This document shows positions 62,133-64,000 of a stretch of 64,000 nucleotides of DNA, piece by piece. The position numbers and the translations under genes are program-made. How positions within the stretch are numbered: the stretch's first letter is position 1; the number at the start of each line of letters is the position of its first letter. The DNA is from Mobula hypostoma (Eukaryota), in contig NC_086097.1 of NCBI RefSeq assembly GCF_963921235.1, positions 86,182,001 through 86,246,000 of the forward strand, read 5' to 3'. The notes beneath the pieces are model-generated. The model was not told where the DNA came from. It was given only the letters and a program-made list of their open reading frames with translations, and made no database searches.

Positions 62133-62402
62133 GGGGCGGCATGGGAGTGTAGTGGTTAGCACAACACCACAGTAATAGGCGACAGGGGTTCAATTCCTGA
62201 CGCTGCCTGTAAGGAGTTTGTATGTTCTCCCTGTGGCCACATGGGTTTCCTCCTGGTTTCCTCCCAAAGACCAAAGAGGTACTGGTTGGTGGATTAATTG
62301 GTCATTGGAAGATATCCCATGATTAGGCTAGGGTTAAATCATGGCTTGAAGGGCCCAAAAGGGCCTACTCCATGCTATATCTCAATCAATAAGTAAATAA
62401 AG
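62133..62402 (+). mobile_element. V-SINE/HE1-like SINE
   Basis: GGGAGTGTAGTGGTTAGC A box, GGTTCAATTCC B box, V-domain, (TAAA) tail. Confidence 0.85.
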
Positions 62403-62949
62403 TTATACCCAGCACTGAAGGTTGATTCAGATTCAGATTCATTTACTTATCACATGTACATCAAAGCATATAGAGAAATATATCGTTTGCATTAACATCC
62501 AACACGACCTAATGACGTGCTTTGGGCAACCCACAAGTGTCATCACACATTCTGGTGCTGACAAAGCATGCTCACAATGTTCAGCAGAACAACAGGTGCA
62601 ACAGTAACAATAGAACAACAACAACAAAACAACACAGCAAGCCAAACTCCTTTTCTCCCTCCCACCTTCCCACTCACACATGCAGACAGGCCTCCAGCTT
62701 TAGGCTCCAGGCCTCCAGCCTCCAGTGGCCTCACAGACTCAAGGCTTCAGCCATTGGGCCTTGACATCTGGACTTCCAATCAACCTACACACTTTGATCT
62801 TTGGTATCAAACCCAGGACTCACCCTGAACTCCAGGCCTCAAACTCCAGACTCATCAACTCGAATACTTGGGGAGTCATCAGCTCTCATGCCTCCTGCCT
62901 GCATGGAAGCATGAGGGCCGATCTTGCATCCTGAAACCTGCTGACAAAA

Positions 62950-63220
62950 TCAGGAGATACGAGTTCAATCCCACCTAATTAAAATTTAGTTAATTAAATA
63001 AACCAGAAACAAAAAGCTGGTCTGAGGAGGTAACTTAAAAACAGTGGTGACGACATAGTTATCAGGCCGTTTGGCTTGCCTTTGTAAAGTCAGGCCTTAA
63101 TATGGTTGCCAGATATTTGCCCCAGTAATTTGATAGACCTATCTGATCTCAGAAATAGTCCAGCTAGCCACTGAGTCTGAGGACAATTGGGAAGGAACAA
63201 AGAGCATATGCATTACTTAT
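62950..63220 (+). mobile_element. Ancient LF-SINE-like element remnant
   Basis: GAGTTCAATCCCACC, A-rich linker, ...CTAGCCACTGAGTCTGAGGACAATTGGGAAGG; degenerate match from memory. Confidence 0.4.
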
Positions 63221-63334
63221 GAGGCTTACAATCTGCAAAAAAGGTGAAAAACAAAAAAAGTTGCATTAATTTAGAGAATCTGCACTGAACTAATACCATA
63301 TTATAGGCTTGGAGCTGAAGTAATCTCTACTGAT

Positions 63335-63575
63335 TGTTTGTTTGTTTGTTTATTTATTTATTTATTGAGATACAGCACGAGTAGGCCGTTCCGGCCCTTT
63401 GAGCTGCGTCGCCCTACAACCCTGATTTATCTCTTGCCTAATTACAGGACAGTTTACAATGACCAATTAACCTACCAACCGGTATGTTGTTGGACTATGA
63501 GAGGAACCCGGAGTACCCAGAGGAAACCCACCGGGTCAAGGGGAGAACGTACGAACTCCTTACAGACAGCGGCAA
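63335..63575 (-). mobile_element. V-SINE/HE1-like SINE with (TTTG/TTTA)n tail
   Basis: GAGGAACCCGGAGTACCCAGAGGAAACCCAC...GAGAACGTACGAACTCCTTACAGACAGCGG. Confidence 0.8.
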
Positions 63576-64000
63576 GATTAGGATGTTGCTTGGTGATCTT
63601 TTAGGCAAGAAGTATAAATGTAATCCATACTCTGTCCAAAGACTACAGCTGTTAAGGCAATCACAAAATGCCTTCCACCATAAGAGTGTGCCTGCATGAT
63701 GAAATTGGCAATACACGCTTTCTGTTAGCTCCCAGTTTTAATCACTTAGTGAAGGACATTAAACTGGAAAACTGCAATCCAAAATTCACATTTGGGCAGA
63801 GCCATACAGCTTGAATGAGTCTTTAATGGACAAACACTGAGAATCAAAGATAATAAGAACGGATATACCTAGTGGCCCTATATCTTAATGTTTGCTTCAG
63901 CTGGAAGATAGATATTCCTCTGCAGAACACATTCAGAGATAAATCTCCATTGTTACAAACTTATATTCAGTGAAGCTCTAATTCCTCCTGACTTCAGCAG

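Noticed and set aside
62133..62200. tRNA gene
   Set aside because: A/B boxes are the head of a V-SINE, with no full cloverleaf; the same applies to the other SINE heads.

Overview
Eukaryotic, repeat-saturated non-coding DNA. The repeat repertoire (CR1 LINEs with SGNH-esterase ORF1, HE1/V-type SINEs, Rex1/Babar, RTE, fish-type L1, R4/Dong, Penelope-like elements, Gypsy, Tc1/mariner/Tigger) points to a cartilaginous fish, probably a ray; this is inference. I found no intact protein-coding gene, rRNA, tRNA gene or CRISPR array. All long ORFs are broken retroelement or transposon reading frames, and only weak candidate host exons exist. Most of the window is nested mobile-element strata, including a four-level nest at 45.3-51.8 kb with recoverable TSDs. 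The most striking signal is a set of Penelope-derived fold-back elements carrying minimal type I hammerhead ribozymes. Two are ~250-bp non-coding palindromes (51974-52225 and 54745-55003), each flanked by a perfect 14-15 bp target-site duplication and carrying hammerheads on both strands. One of them has an extra tandem copy of exactly the catalytic core. Longer or more scrambled relatives lie at 17.8-19.2, 36.4-37.7 and 60.6-61.6 kb. Other notable items are a four-TIR palindromic mariner MITE, a Dong-like element in a (TAA)n tract, a Tigger4-like relic and a bipartite RTE-derived SINE. Family names come from motif recognition, not database searches, and the boundaries of old elements are approximate.
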